A stretch of DNA of 64,000 nt, from contig JAMCYI010000006.1 in the NCBI GenBank assembly GCA_023474215.1, positions 65,452 through 129,451 on the forward strand, given 5' to 3'. This DNA comes from Patescibacteria group bacterium (GTDB lineage Bacteria; Patescibacteriota; Minisyncoccia; UBA6257; GWB1-50-10). This document shows, piece by piece, positions 8,992 through 18,134 of this stretch; the stretch's first letter is position 1, and each line of letters starts with the position of its first letter. A model generated the notes under the pieces. That model was not told the origin of the DNA. It saw only the letters and a program-made list of their open reading frames with translations, and made no database searches. The translations under genes were made by a program, and so were the position numbers.

Positions 8992-9007
8992 ATACCACAA
9001 ACCCCTT

Positions 9008-10567
9008 ATGGTATATGATAAAGGTATGGAACACGGGCCCTGGAACCTCAACTGGGAAAAAGAAAGAGAAAACGAAGAAAGAAGGGAGAAGAAAAAGGAA
9101 AAGATCAATGAAGCATCGGAAGCCGAGTACGAGAAGCACAAGAACGAAGGAGAACAAAAAGACAAGGATCGATTCGACGAGATGATCGATGTTTGGGGCG
9201 CAAAGGCTGCCGGCGCGAAGGTACGAGGAGAAAAACTAGAAGTTCCAAAAGATACAGTGATCCCAAGAAGGATCACCGAGCGCGCCGAAGCGGCACTCTT
9301 CCTCGGGAACATCAGGAAACGCCTGAAGGCAGATCCGGAATGGGACAAGATACCCCGAAAGGAAGCTGCCTTCAATCTTTCAACATTCGGAAATATCATC
9401 GACTCCTTCAAAAATGCCGATATACCCCCTTATACAACAGAGAAGGCGCGGCAGGAATTCAGAGACCATTACGGTTTTTTCTATTTTTCCGGCAACGTCG
9501 GGTATTCCGAAAGGCATCATCGGTACGAGATTAGAAAACCGTCGGGACTCGGCTATGAAATCCAGCAGATCATGATAAAAGACGCGGGCTTTTCGATCGA
9601 TCCGGAAAACATCGGCTTCTTCGAACCGGGGAAGGAAGATGAAATTGCCGTCCCCAATTTGCGGAACGCGCTCGAAGTTTATTTCAACGAGCGGGATCAC
9701 TCTTCCATCGGTACGACGTGGTTCCTCTTCAAGAAACTGTGGGAAGGAGGGTTTTTCGAACGCTTTAACCCGAAGGAAAAAGCCGAAATGATGGGACTCG
9801 CCGTTTTTGCCGATCTCATCGAGAAGGGTAAGTGGCTCGACTTCGCGAAGATCGGCTTCTTCGACGACCGGGAAATCAATCTTTTCAAGATCAACCGGAA
9901 GTTGTCCAAAGAACAACTCAGAAACATCATGAACGATTTTTTGACCGGCGAGATGGACGACATGCCGCAGGATTTCGGAGCAATGAACCGAAGGGTCCAG
10001 GACATCATCGTCAAAAAGGCTTCGGCCCCCTTGAGCAAAGAATTCATCGAAAAGCGCGGGCTCCAAGAATTCGTCAACGGGCACATGAGGGAATCGCGGG
10101 AAGCCGAAGCATACCTCAAGTCCGGCAAAAATTCGTTCGGCAGCCGATTCGGAAAGGTGATCTTCGTCGAAGGGATGGGTGAAAAATTGCCCGCTCCCCT
10201 TCTCGCCATTGCAGAAGACGCTCCGCAAGACGAGCGGACCCGCCGGCCGTTGTGGAAAAAGATCAACGGATACTTCGAGGCCAACGAAGACCATCTCCTC
10301 GCTTACCTTCCCGTGAGGCATGCAAAAGGAGTTTTTGGGACCATCGCGGATCAAGCGAGAAAAAACGGCCTGAATCCGCAAACGAGCGAGATTTCAGGCT
10401 GGATAAAGCTTTTTATACCATTCCGCGGAAAAGAAGACGATCAGCTGATAAACCTCCTCAGGGAACAATTGCTCGGCATCGAACCGCGAGGACCAAGAAG
10501 AGGACAAGAAGAACGAAAACCTCCCCGAACAGGGAAGAAAAAAGAGAAGACTCTCGTCGAGCGATAA
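9008..10567 (+). CDS. hypothetical protein with a K/E-rich N-terminal region
   Basis: Long ORF. The start was set at MVYDKGMEHG, because the upstream track portion is antisense to the small membrane gene. It has a highly charged N-terminus (EKERENEERREKKKEK...) and a basic C-terminal tail. No motif recognised. Confidence 0.5.
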   Translation: MVYDKGMEHGPWNLNWEKERENEERREKKKEKINEASEAEYEKHKNEGEQKDKDRFDEMIDVWGAKAAGAKVRGEKLEVPKDTVIPRRITERAEAALFLGNIRKRLKADPEWDKIPRKEAAFNLSTFGNIIDSFKNADIPPYTTEKARQEFRDHYGFFYFSGNVGYSERHHRYEIRKPSGLGYEIQQIMIKDAGFSIDPENIGFFEPGKEDEIAVPNLRNALEVYFNERDHSSIGTTWFLFKKLWEGGFFERFNPKEKAEMMGLAVFADLIEKGKWLDFAKIGFFDDREINLFKINRKLSKEQLRNIMNDFLTGEMDDMPQDFGAMNRRVQDIIVKKASAPLSKEFIEKRGLQEFVNGHMRESREAEAYLKSGKNSFGSRFGKVIFVEGMGEKLPAPLLAIAEDAPQDERTRRPLWKKINGYFEANEDHLLAYLPVRHAKGVFGTIADQARKNGLNPQTSEISGWIKLFIPFRGKEDDQLINLLREQLLGIEPRGPRRGQEERKPPRTGKKKEKTLVER

Positions 10568-10687
10568 AAGTCTCGAGGATTTACCCCAACACGCGGGTAT
10601 ACCCGTAGTAAACGAGGGCGAACCCGACGATGGTAAAGACCCAAAATTCCATCCGTGACCACATGATGGGTTCTAGTATACGGATTT

Positions 10688-11932
10688 TTATTCATAATGC
10701 AATGCCTCGATCGGACTTTTCTTGGCGGCTTGGCGCGCAGGATAGAAACCGAAGACCAATCCGACCAAAATCGAGACACCGGCGCCGAGCATGACGGCGC
10801 CGAGGGGCAAGGCGAACGTCCATGCGACATTCAAAAGCCGGGCGATCACGAGGTATGCCCCGAACGTCACAAGTCCGCCGAGAATGATCCCCATGATGCC
10901 CCCGAGAAGCGTTAAGAGCGTTGCTTCGATTAAAAATTGCCGTAAAATGTCCGCGGTCGTCGCGCCGACGGCTTTCCGGAGGCCGATCTCCCGCGTTCGT
11001 TCGACGACCGATACGAGCATGATATTCATGATCCCGATCCCCCCCACAATGAGGGAAATGGAAGCAATTGCCGTGAGAAAAATGGTCATGACGGATGTGA
11101 TGTTTCCTAAAATGGAAAGGATATCGGCTTGCGTCTCGACCGTGAAATCGTCCTTCACCGGATCCGTGATGTGGTGAGTTTGCCTCAAGACCGTCTTCAC
11201 CCGCGATGTCACAAAACTGATGTCGTAAGAACTGTTCGCTTGTACGAGGATGTAATTGTAGTAGTTGATGCCCAAGAGCTGGTTTTGTGCGACGGTCACA
11301 GGAACCAAAACCATGTTGTTTTGATCGATCCCTCCCGGTCCCACCCCTTCGTCCGTCAAAACGCCCACCACTTGGAGCGGGATGTTTTGCACGCGAACGA
11401 ACTTTCCGACCGGGGTGACGCCGCTGAAGAGCGTCTTTGCAACGGTCGAACCGAGGATCACGACCCGATTCGAAGAATCGATGTCCGATTGATTGAACAT
11501 CCTTCCCGATGAAACACCGAAATTCCGCATGGGGAAGAATTCGGATGTCACTCCTTCATACGGGACCGACGTGTCATTGTTGCCGTACGCGACGGTCGCT
11601 TGCCCATTCACGATCGGCGCAACGGCCGTAATGGTCGGCTCCCGTTCGAGCGCCGTGACATCGCCCGCGACGAGGGTTTTAATCACGATCCCCCGTTCCG
11701 ATGCCGGAGCTGAAAACTTCGATCCGCCCGTACCGCCCGGTATGATGAAGATCAAATTGGAACCGACACCCTTCACCTGGTTCAAGATGTAATCCTGCGC
11801 CGATTGGCCGACGGACATCAAAATGATGACCGATGCAACGCCGATGACGATCCCCAAGATCGTAAGGAAGGAGCGCATTTTCGAATGCTCCACATTCCGA
11901 AGCGCCGTTTTGAATGCGTCATTAAATCTCAT
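10688..11932 (-). CDS. ABC transporter permease, FtsX/MacB family
   Basis: 414 aa with an N-terminal TM, a large periplasmic domain and a C-terminal FtsX-like 3-TM block. It overlaps the upstream ATPase gene by 4 nt. Confidence 0.8.
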   Translation of the reverse strand: MRFNDAFKTALRNVEHSKMRSFLTILGIVIGVASVIILMSVGQSAQDYILNQVKGVGSNLIFIIPGGTGGSKFSAPASERGIVIKTLVAGDVTALEREPTITAVAPIVNGQATVAYGNNDTSVPYEGVTSEFFPMRNFGVSSGRMFNQSDIDSSNRVVILGSTVAKTLFSGVTPVGKFVRVQNIPLQVVGVLTDEGVGPGGIDQNNMVLVPVTVAQNQLLGINYYNYILVQANSSYDISFVTSRVKTVLRQTHHITDPVKDDFTVETQADILSILGNITSVMTIFLTAIASISLIVGGIGIMNIMLVSVVERTREIGLRKAVGATTADILRQFLIEATLLTLLGGIMGIILGGLVTFGAYLVIARLLNVAWTFALPLGAVMLGAGVSILVGLVFGFYPARQAAKKSPIEALHYE

Positions 11933-12642
11933 TTGAAGAAATCGTCTATCTTCCGACGGTTGTGGACCGGCACATCGCTTTCGATCTCGCCGTCCTTGAG
12001 GCGGATCAGCCGCTCGGCGAATTCCGCCGTGTATGTTTCGTGGGTCACGAGGATCACCGTGTGCCCCCCGTCGTTCAAGCGCCGCAAAATCTCCATAACT
12101 TGGCCGCCCGATCTCGAATCAAGATTGCCGGTCGGCTCATCCGCAAAAATGACGTTCGGGTTATTAACGAGAGCTCGCGCGATCGCGACCCGCTGTTTTT
12201 GCCCTCCGGAAAGATTTCCTGCCACGACGCCGATCTTTTCCGAAAGGCCGACGGATTCGACTGCTTTCTCGACCTCTCTTTTTCTTTCATGCGGCGATAT
12301 GTTGTCATTATACAGAAGCGGCAATTCGACGTTTTCATAAACCGAAAGCTTCCCCAAAAGATTGAAATCTTGAAAGATAAACCCCATCTCATCGTTCCGT
12401 ATTTCCGCGAGTTCGAGATCGTTCAATTCTTCCATCACCTTCCCCATAAACGAATAAGAACCGGATGTCGGCCGGTCCAAAAATCCCAAGATATGGAGGA
12501 GTGTCGACTTCCCGGAACCCGATGGTCCCATGATCGCGACAAATTCTCCTTTTTGGATCTCGAACGAAACGCCGCGAAGCGCTTGCGTTTCTGATCCGTC
12601 ATCTTGATATACCTTTTTGAGATTTTTTACGGAGATCATCAA
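11929..12642 (-). CDS. ABC transporter ATP-binding protein (MacB/LolD-like)
   Basis: Walker A (GPSGSGKST), ABC signature ([15 protein letters not shown]) and Walker B ([11 protein letters not shown]) are all present. Confidence 0.9.
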   Translation of the reverse strand: MMISVKNLKKVYQDDGSETQALRGVSFEIQKGEFVAIMGPSGSGKSTLLHILGFLDRPTSGSYSFMGKVMEELNDLELAEIRNDEMGFIFQDFNLLGKLSVYENVELPLLYNDNISPHERKREVEKAVESVGLSEKIGVVAGNLSGGQKQRVAIARALVNNPNVIFADEPTGNLDSRSGGQVMEILRRLNDGGHTVILVTHETYTAEFAERLIRLKDGEIESDVPVHNRRKIDDFFK

Positions 12643-12651
12643 AAACTAACT

Positions 12652-14217
12652 TTAGGGATTCAAGCCAACATTGAGAACCTGATCCCCTTCCGAAAGGCCG
12701 CTGGTAACCTCCGCATTCCCGTTTTGGTCCTGGATCCCGAGCGTGATCGGCACCTGCTCCTGCTTCCCGTTCACCATCTTCACGGCAAAGGTCCCTTGAT
12801 CGTTCTGAATGATCGCGAACTGGGGAACGATAAGTACATTGTCTTTCCTTTGCGTCTCAATGGTGAGGTTTGCCGTAAGGCCGCTCTTGAACCGCGGGTC
12901 AACGGCGTCGAAGTTAACCTTTACTTTATAGTTGGCAACGCCGTTCACGATGGTCTCGGCGGGGTCGATGGAGAGAAGATGTCCCGTGAACGTCTCCCCA
13001 GGAAGAGCGTCGAGCGTGATGCTTACCGGATCGCCGACTTTGAGCTTTGCGACATCCGATTCCGCGACGTATGCTTCGACTTCCAAGCTGTTGTTTCCGA
13101 TGATCGAGATGACGGTCTCTCCGGCGGTGGCAACTTCACCTTTCTTCGGCACGACGTTCGTCACCGTGCCGGCAACGGGCGACCGGAGAACGGTTTGACT
13201 GATTTGCGCTTGAATAAGCGACACTTGAGCTTTTGCTTGGGAAACGGCTGCTTCATCGGCCGCTATTTGGTCCGGCGTTGCGGGAGCTTGTTTCAAGGCC
13301 AGTTGCTTTTCGGCGACCGCAACCGCTGTTTGATCCGAATCCAGCGCACTTTCCGACGTGACGACGTCCCCGATCGCCGTCACAACTTCCGCCCTTCCCG
13401 ATGCAACATCTGTTTTCCACGTATCGAGGCTGGATGCCGAAACGCTTCCCGAAGGACTCACGAGATTCAGGGCCGACGCAACGTCCGCCAAGAAGTTTTG
13501 AATGTCGCCCAAATACCCCTTCGTCTCCTTGAGGATGGCAGGGAGATCGCTTGTCGCTGTGAGGCTGGAAAGCGAACTGTTCCACGCGCTGAAATCAGAC
13601 TCGATGCTCAATCGCTCCGACTGAATGTCCACTGCAAGCTGTTGGTTGGGTATCGAAAAGACGAGCTGCGGATTTGTCCGAGGATTCGTGAAAATTTGAT
13701 CGGCTTGGTTGTAAACCGCGTCATCGGCCTTCGTGGAAGCGTCTTGAACGGTCGAAACGACGTTCTTTTCCGCTCCAAGAAGGGCACTTTCGGCGTTCGA
13801 AACTTCGGCGAAAGAAACCGCGATATCCTGCGGCGTTGCGCCGTTTTGAAGGACGCCGAGATTCGCTTCGGCTTGTGCCACGCTTGCTTCGGCTTGCTGA
13901 AGCTCCGCTTGAAGTACGCTCGAATCCTCGGTCAAAAGGATGTCTCCCGCATTCACCGTATCCCCCGTCGCAACGTTGACCTTGGCGACGGTACCCGCTC
14001 CTTGAAACGACAAATCGACGTTTTCCGACGACGTGATGTCGCCGGTCACGACGACATCTTGCGTGATCGTCCCCGACTTCACCGTAATGAGATCGGCTGT
14101 TTGCTGTTTTTTGCCGCCGAAAACGAAAAAGGCAGCGACCGCAAGAACAACAACCGCGAGGATGATGTTCCGCGGTCGCTTGAAGAACCGGAAAAACCCC
14201 TTGATCTTATTTTTCAT
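12652..14217 (-). CDS. efflux transporter periplasmic adaptor (HlyD/MacA-like membrane fusion protein with a long coiled coil)
   Basis: N-terminal TM anchor, biotin-lipoyl-like segments, a very long Ala/Gln-rich coiled coil and a C-terminal beta-barrel-like region. It is the first gene of a three-gene operon with the ABC ATPase and permease. Confidence 0.7.
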   Translation of the reverse strand: MKNKIKGFFRFFKRPRNIILAVVVLAVAAFFVFGGKKQQTADLITVKSGTITQDVVVTGDITSSENVDLSFQGAGTVAKVNVATGDTVNAGDILLTEDSSVLQAELQQAEASVAQAEANLGVLQNGATPQDIAVSFAEVSNAESALLGAEKNVVSTVQDASTKADDAVYNQADQIFTNPRTNPQLVFSIPNQQLAVDIQSERLSIESDFSAWNSSLSSLTATSDLPAILKETKGYLGDIQNFLADVASALNLVSPSGSVSASSLDTWKTDVASGRAEVVTAIGDVVTSESALDSDQTAVAVAEKQLALKQAPATPDQIAADEAAVSQAKAQVSLIQAQISQTVLRSPVAGTVTNVVPKKGEVATAGETVISIIGNNSLEVEAYVAESDVAKLKVGDPVSITLDALPGETFTGHLLSIDPAETIVNGVANYKVKVNFDAVDPRFKSGLTANLTIETQRKDNVLIVPQFAIIQNDQGTFAVKMVNGKQEQVPITLGIQDQNGNAEVTSGLSEGDQVLNVGLNP

Positions 14218-14242
14218 ACGAAGTCCCCTCTATAGTACCATG

Positions 14243-14968
14243 TCACACAATTCCGTAAAAGAGATTGGTCCAAATTGGCAAGAGATTGAATATGAGCAGA
14301 ATTCCGATGAAGATCAAAAATAGGCCGGCAATGAAATAGATCGCATTCAAGTAGCGTTCGATCTTCGCCAAATAATCGGAAACATACGCAATGGTCAAGG
14401 CGACCAGAAAGAACGGCAAGCCGAGACCCAGAGAAAATACGCCGAGGAGCGCCGCGCTTCTCACGGCTTCGCCGGTTATTGCGGCCATCGTCATGATCGC
14501 CCCCAAAACGGGGCCGATGCACGGGGTCCACCCGAGGCCGAAGGTCGCGCCGAAGATAAAGGAACTTAAGGCATTCCCCGGTCTCAGCAATCGGCCAATG
14601 TTCAAGCGCCGTTCTTTATAGAGAAACGAAAGAAATTTGAATCGGCCCTCCGTCACCATAAAAAGACCGAAGAGCACGATCAAAATCCCGCCGATCCGGA
14701 GGAGGAGAAGCCGGTATCTCAAAAGCGGGATGCCGAGGAGCCCGAGGACCGATCCAAAAAGAACGAACACGAACGAAAATCCGAGGATTGCAAACACCGC
14801 GTTCCAAACGATTTTCAACTTCATCTTTTCCATCTTTTCCTTGTCGGCGAGATCCGCCATCGGCACGCCGCTTATGAACGCCAAAAAGGCCGGCACAAGC
14901 GGCAAGGTGCAAGGAGCGAGGAAGGTTACGACGCCGCCCGCAAATGCCGGTATGAGGAGCGGATCCAT
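14243..14968 (-). CDS. ccdA: cytochrome c-type biogenesis protein CcdA / DsbD-family thiol-disulfide transporter
   Basis: Polytopic membrane protein with the two conserved Cys motifs (FLAPCTLPLVP and GWTPCIGP). Confidence 0.8.
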   Translation of the reverse strand: MDPLLIPAFAGGVVTFLAPCTLPLVPAFLAFISGVPMADLADKEKMEKMKLKIVWNAVFAILGFSFVFVLFGSVLGLLGIPLLRYRLLLLRIGGILIVLFGLFMVTEGRFKFLSFLYKERRLNIGRLLRPGNALSSFIFGATFGLGWTPCIGPVLGAIMTMAAITGEAVRSAALLGVFSLGLGLPFFLVALTIAYVSDYLAKIERYLNAIYFIAGLFLIFIGILLIFNLLPIWTNLFYGIV

Positions 14969-14974
14969 AGAGAA

Positions 14975-15217
14975 CTATTTTATGTTCAAAAGCTTCGCAA
15001 GCGTTGCTTGATCGAAGCCGACGACGATCTGTCCGCCGACGTCGATCACCGGAACGCCGAGCTGGCCGGATTTTGTGACCATATCCTGGCGCGCTTGGAG
15101 ATCCTTTGCGACGTCCTTTTCAACATACTCCACGTTGTGCGAGCGGAAGAATGCTTTTGCCATCCGGCAGAACACGCACGTGGGGGTCGTATAAATGGTG
15201 ACGTTCGGGTTTTCCAT
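14975..15217 (-). CDS. glutaredoxin-like protein (NrdH/YruB family)
   Basis: 80 aa with CVFC at the thioredoxin-fold active-site position (IYTTPTCVFCRMAK) and the GVPVI..G motif. It sits directly upstream of ccdA. Confidence 0.7.
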   Translation of the reverse strand: MENPNVTIYTTPTCVFCRMAKAFFRSHNVEYVEKDVAKDLQARQDMVTKSGQLGVPVIDVGGQIVVGFDQATLAKLLNIK

Positions 15218-15331
15218 ACTCTACTATTTTACCAATATCCTTTTTCCTGTCAAAGGGCTTTCTGATTCTTGCTCGTTCATAGGTTCTCGGCCGCTAAAAG
15301 CCCCCCAGATTCCACTCTCGAGGTGTAAGAA

Positions 15332-15886
15332 TTAGCGTGGGTACTGATAATACCAACGCGGTGGATTTCCTTTATTCTGCTCTACTTGGTTCTGATAGAA
15401 ATTAATACCTGCAAAAAGAATTAATGAAACAATACCAAGTATCAGCAATGTTTTAGCGGCATTCCGCCTTTTGTTAGTTTCCCTATCATGCACTTGCACT
15501 TGAGGATCTTTGCTGGTATCCATTTTTTCGTCGATAACCATTTCATCCGTCCTTATGCTATTGCCACCGTTTACCCTCCACTGGTTTATCAAAACTTGGT
15601 TTCGGAGAGATGTTTTTACATTTGCCTCATGAGCAAGGAAGGTGCAAATAATTGCCGCAAGCAAAAACATCCAAGATAAAAGCAATATCCACCAATCTAT
15701 GGGTTTTTCTTTTAAAAAAGAAACAAAGGCTATAGATACTCCAAATGCACCTGTTCCCAACAGAAGAATTATGTTGTCCATCTGCCTCAGGGAATCTATC
15801 TTGAGCTGGTGATGCATCTGCCAATTTGAAACTGCAATCTCGTCCTTTCTCTTCCTCTCCTTCTCCTTTTCATCAGCGGTATCCAT
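15332..15886 (-). CDS. hypothetical membrane protein (3 predicted TM) in an AT-richer islet
   Basis: 184-aa ORF with a charged N-terminus (DTADEKEKERKRKDE) and hydrophobic segments. Local composition is visibly AT-richer than the flanks. Confidence 0.45.
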   Translation of the reverse strand: MDTADEKEKERKRKDEIAVSNWQMHHQLKIDSLRQMDNIILLLGTGAFGVSIAFVSFLKEKPIDWWILLLSWMFLLAAIICTFLAHEANVKTSLRNQVLINQWRVNGGNSIRTDEMVIDEKMDTSKDPQVQVHDRETNKRRNAAKTLLILGIVSLILFAGINFYQNQVEQNKGNPPRWYYQYPR

Positions 15887-16121
15887 CGCCCTCCATTATA
15901 CATCAAAACCAAGGAAGATCCGCTTTCTTTTGAGCGGGTTTTTGAGGCGAGGTTATAAATTCCCAAGCGAAGACACAGGAAATAGGAATTTATCGCTGTG
16001 TGAATCCCGACGGTTTCATTTATGAAACCAAGGTTGAGTTCGAAAATTCCGTTCATTTCCCAGGATAAGCGAGGAGAATTTACCCGAGCCGAAACTCACG
16101 CCCGCGAGAGAGAAGGCGGAT

Positions 16122-18134
16122 CTACCACTCCACGTCGATCCCCTCGTCCTCGTCGCTGTACCGTACCTCATCTTTCAAACCGTACCCCGACAGATCCTCA
16201 TGAGAGAGCGTCCCAAAGACGTTCGCCGGCTCTAAAAACCGCGAGATCCGGTTCCCGAGGTAGGCGCTCCGTCCGTCATCCAAGTGGAAGAAGAGATAGA
16301 GGCGCTCCTTGGCCCGCGTGACCGCCACGTAGAGCAACCTCCCCTCTTCTTCGATATCCTCGTCGAAATCCATCGATCGTTTCGAAGGCAGCGTCCCCTC
16401 GGAAACACCCAAGAGATATACCGTATTCCACTCGAGGCCCTTTGCCGAATGAATGGTCGAGAGCGTCAAAAACTCTTCCTCGTTTTCATCCCGGCCTTCC
16501 GGTATGTCGATCGAAAGATCGGCAAGGAACGCATCGAGCTCATGATACTCTTCCGCGAGATCCTTGATCGTCTCAAGGTCCTGGAGGCGCGCCGGCCAAT
16601 CGTCGAATTTTTCGCGGAAGATCGGCAAATAAAAATCCATGACCCGACCCAAAAGATCGAAGGGGTCGTTCTTCAAGCGGGATGCATCGGCAACCGCTTC
16701 TTTCAATCTCAAAACCTCCCCTGCATTCCTGCCGGCAAGCCCCGCTTGTTCGAGCATGGGGAGCGCTTCGTCGAGATTGCCCGCCTTTTCCATCTCCCCC
16801 CACAGCGTTTCGGCCGTCTTCTTGCCGACGCCCGGCAGAAGATTCAAGATCCTCCCCCAACTTATTTCGTCCTTGTGGTTCGCGATCACTTTCGCGAAGG
16901 CGAGAAAATCCTTTACATGCGCCGTCTCGTAAAACCGGAGGCCGCCGAATACCTTGTATGGGATCCTCATTTTTGAAAGCTCCGCTTGGAGCATGATCGA
17001 GACGTACGTCGACCGGAAAAGGACGGCTTGTTCCCGGAGCGGCACGCCTTGCGATGCGAGCGCGATGACCTTTTCGGCGATCCACTCCGTTTCATCGGCG
17101 ACAGTGCCGAAATAAAGAAACTTCGGCCGTTCTCCGGTCTTCCCTTTCGCGGACACGAGCTCTTTTTTGAACTTGTCCGCCATGTTCCGGAGAAGCTCAT
17201 TCGATAGATTAAGGATCGCTTGCGTCGAGCGGTAATTTTCCTCGAGTTTGATGAGTTTCGTCCCCGGGAAGTATTCCGGGAAATCCATGATGTTCTTGTG
17301 CGAAGCGCCGCGGAAACCGTAAATGCTCTGCGCATCGTCCCCGACCGCGAGGACGTTCCCCGTCCGCTTCCCCAAGAGGTGCGTCAGGTCTCCCTGCACG
17401 GGGTTCGTGTCCTGAAATTCGTCGACCATGACGTATTCGTACCGCGAAGCGATCTCCCCGCCGGTCTTTTGAAGCACCAAAAGATCCCGCGCATAAAGCA
17501 ACAGGTCGTCGAAATCGACATATCCGCTTTCCTTCTTCCGCAGCTGGTACCGCTCAAAAACGGCTTCGATTTCCGGCACGAAATCGGCAAGGTGGGAAAA
17601 GTACCGGCCGACGACATCCTCGAGATCTAATCCCTTGTTCGCCGAAAGGCTGAACATGCTTCTCAAGGTGTCTTTTTTGGGAAACGCTTCCTTTTTTTCC
17701 TTCACATTGAACGCGTTCAAGATCTTCCCGATGAGCTCTTCCGCATCGCCCTCGTCGAGAACGGAAAGCGTTTTCCGCAATCCAAGTTCGCTGCCATAGA
17801 TCCGAAGAAGTTTGTACGCGAACGAATGGAACGTGCCGCCGTCGACCGCTTCGCATCGCTTGTCGTGGGAAGCGGCCCGCGCAAGCATTTCCCTGGCGGC
17901 TCGCTTCGTAAACGTCAAAAGGAGGATCTTCCGCGGATCGACACCGGAGCGGATGAGATTCAAAACGCGATATTCAATGACGCGGGTTTTCCCCGAACCC
18001 GGCCCCGCGATCACGAGGACCGGCCCGTCTTTCGTTTCGACCGCTTCGCGCTGTTCGCGGTTCAAGTTCTTCAATATCTCGTTTTCCACAGCTTCACTAT
18101 ATATTTGTTGCAAAAGGAATACAATGAAAATCAT
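16122..18134 (-). CDS. ATP-dependent DNA helicase, UvrD/PcrA/Rep family
   Basis: Helicase motif I (AGPGSGKTRVI) and the following SF1 motifs are present, with a UvrD-like C-terminal domain. The start is uncertain (ATG at 18134, or possibly GTG near 18089), because the divergent ATPase gene begins at 18135. Confidence 0.85.
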   Translation of the reverse strand: MIFIVFLLQQIYSEAVENEILKNLNREQREAVETKDGPVLVIAGPGSGKTRVIEYRVLNLIRSGVDPRKILLLTFTKRAAREMLARAASHDKRCEAVDGGTFHSFAYKLLRIYGSELGLRKTLSVLDEGDAEELIGKILNAFNVKEKKEAFPKKDTLRSMFSLSANKGLDLEDVVGRYFSHLADFVPEIEAVFERYQLRKKESGYVDFDDLLLYARDLLVLQKTGGEIASRYEYVMVDEFQDTNPVQGDLTHLLGKRTGNVLAVGDDAQSIYGFRGASHKNIMDFPEYFPGTKLIKLEENYRSTQAILNLSNELLRNMADKFKKELVSAKGKTGERPKFLYFGTVADETEWIAEKVIALASQGVPLREQAVLFRSTYVSIMLQAELSKMRIPYKVFGGLRFYETAHVKDFLAFAKVIANHKDEISWGRILNLLPGVGKKTAETLWGEMEKAGNLDEALPMLEQAGLAGRNAGEVLRLKEAVADASRLKNDPFDLLGRVMDFYLPIFREKFDDWPARLQDLETIKDLAEEYHELDAFLADLSIDIPEGRDENEEEFLTLSTIHSAKGLEWNTVYLLGVSEGTLPSKRSMDFDEDIEEEGRLLYVAVTRAKERLYLFFHLDDGRSAYLGNRISRFLEPANVFGTLSHEDLSGYGLKDEVRYSDEDEGIDVEW

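Noticed and set aside
12604-14235. 543-aa plus-strand ORF, one of many other long ORFs antisense to called genes (for example 4728-5900, 16284-16976, 23857-24900, 28878-29270, 36639-37892, 49594-50478)
   Set aside because: They lie opposite genes with clear family signatures. They have Arg/Gly/Pro-rich low-complexity translations typical of GC-rich antisense frames. They have no motif or start-site support.
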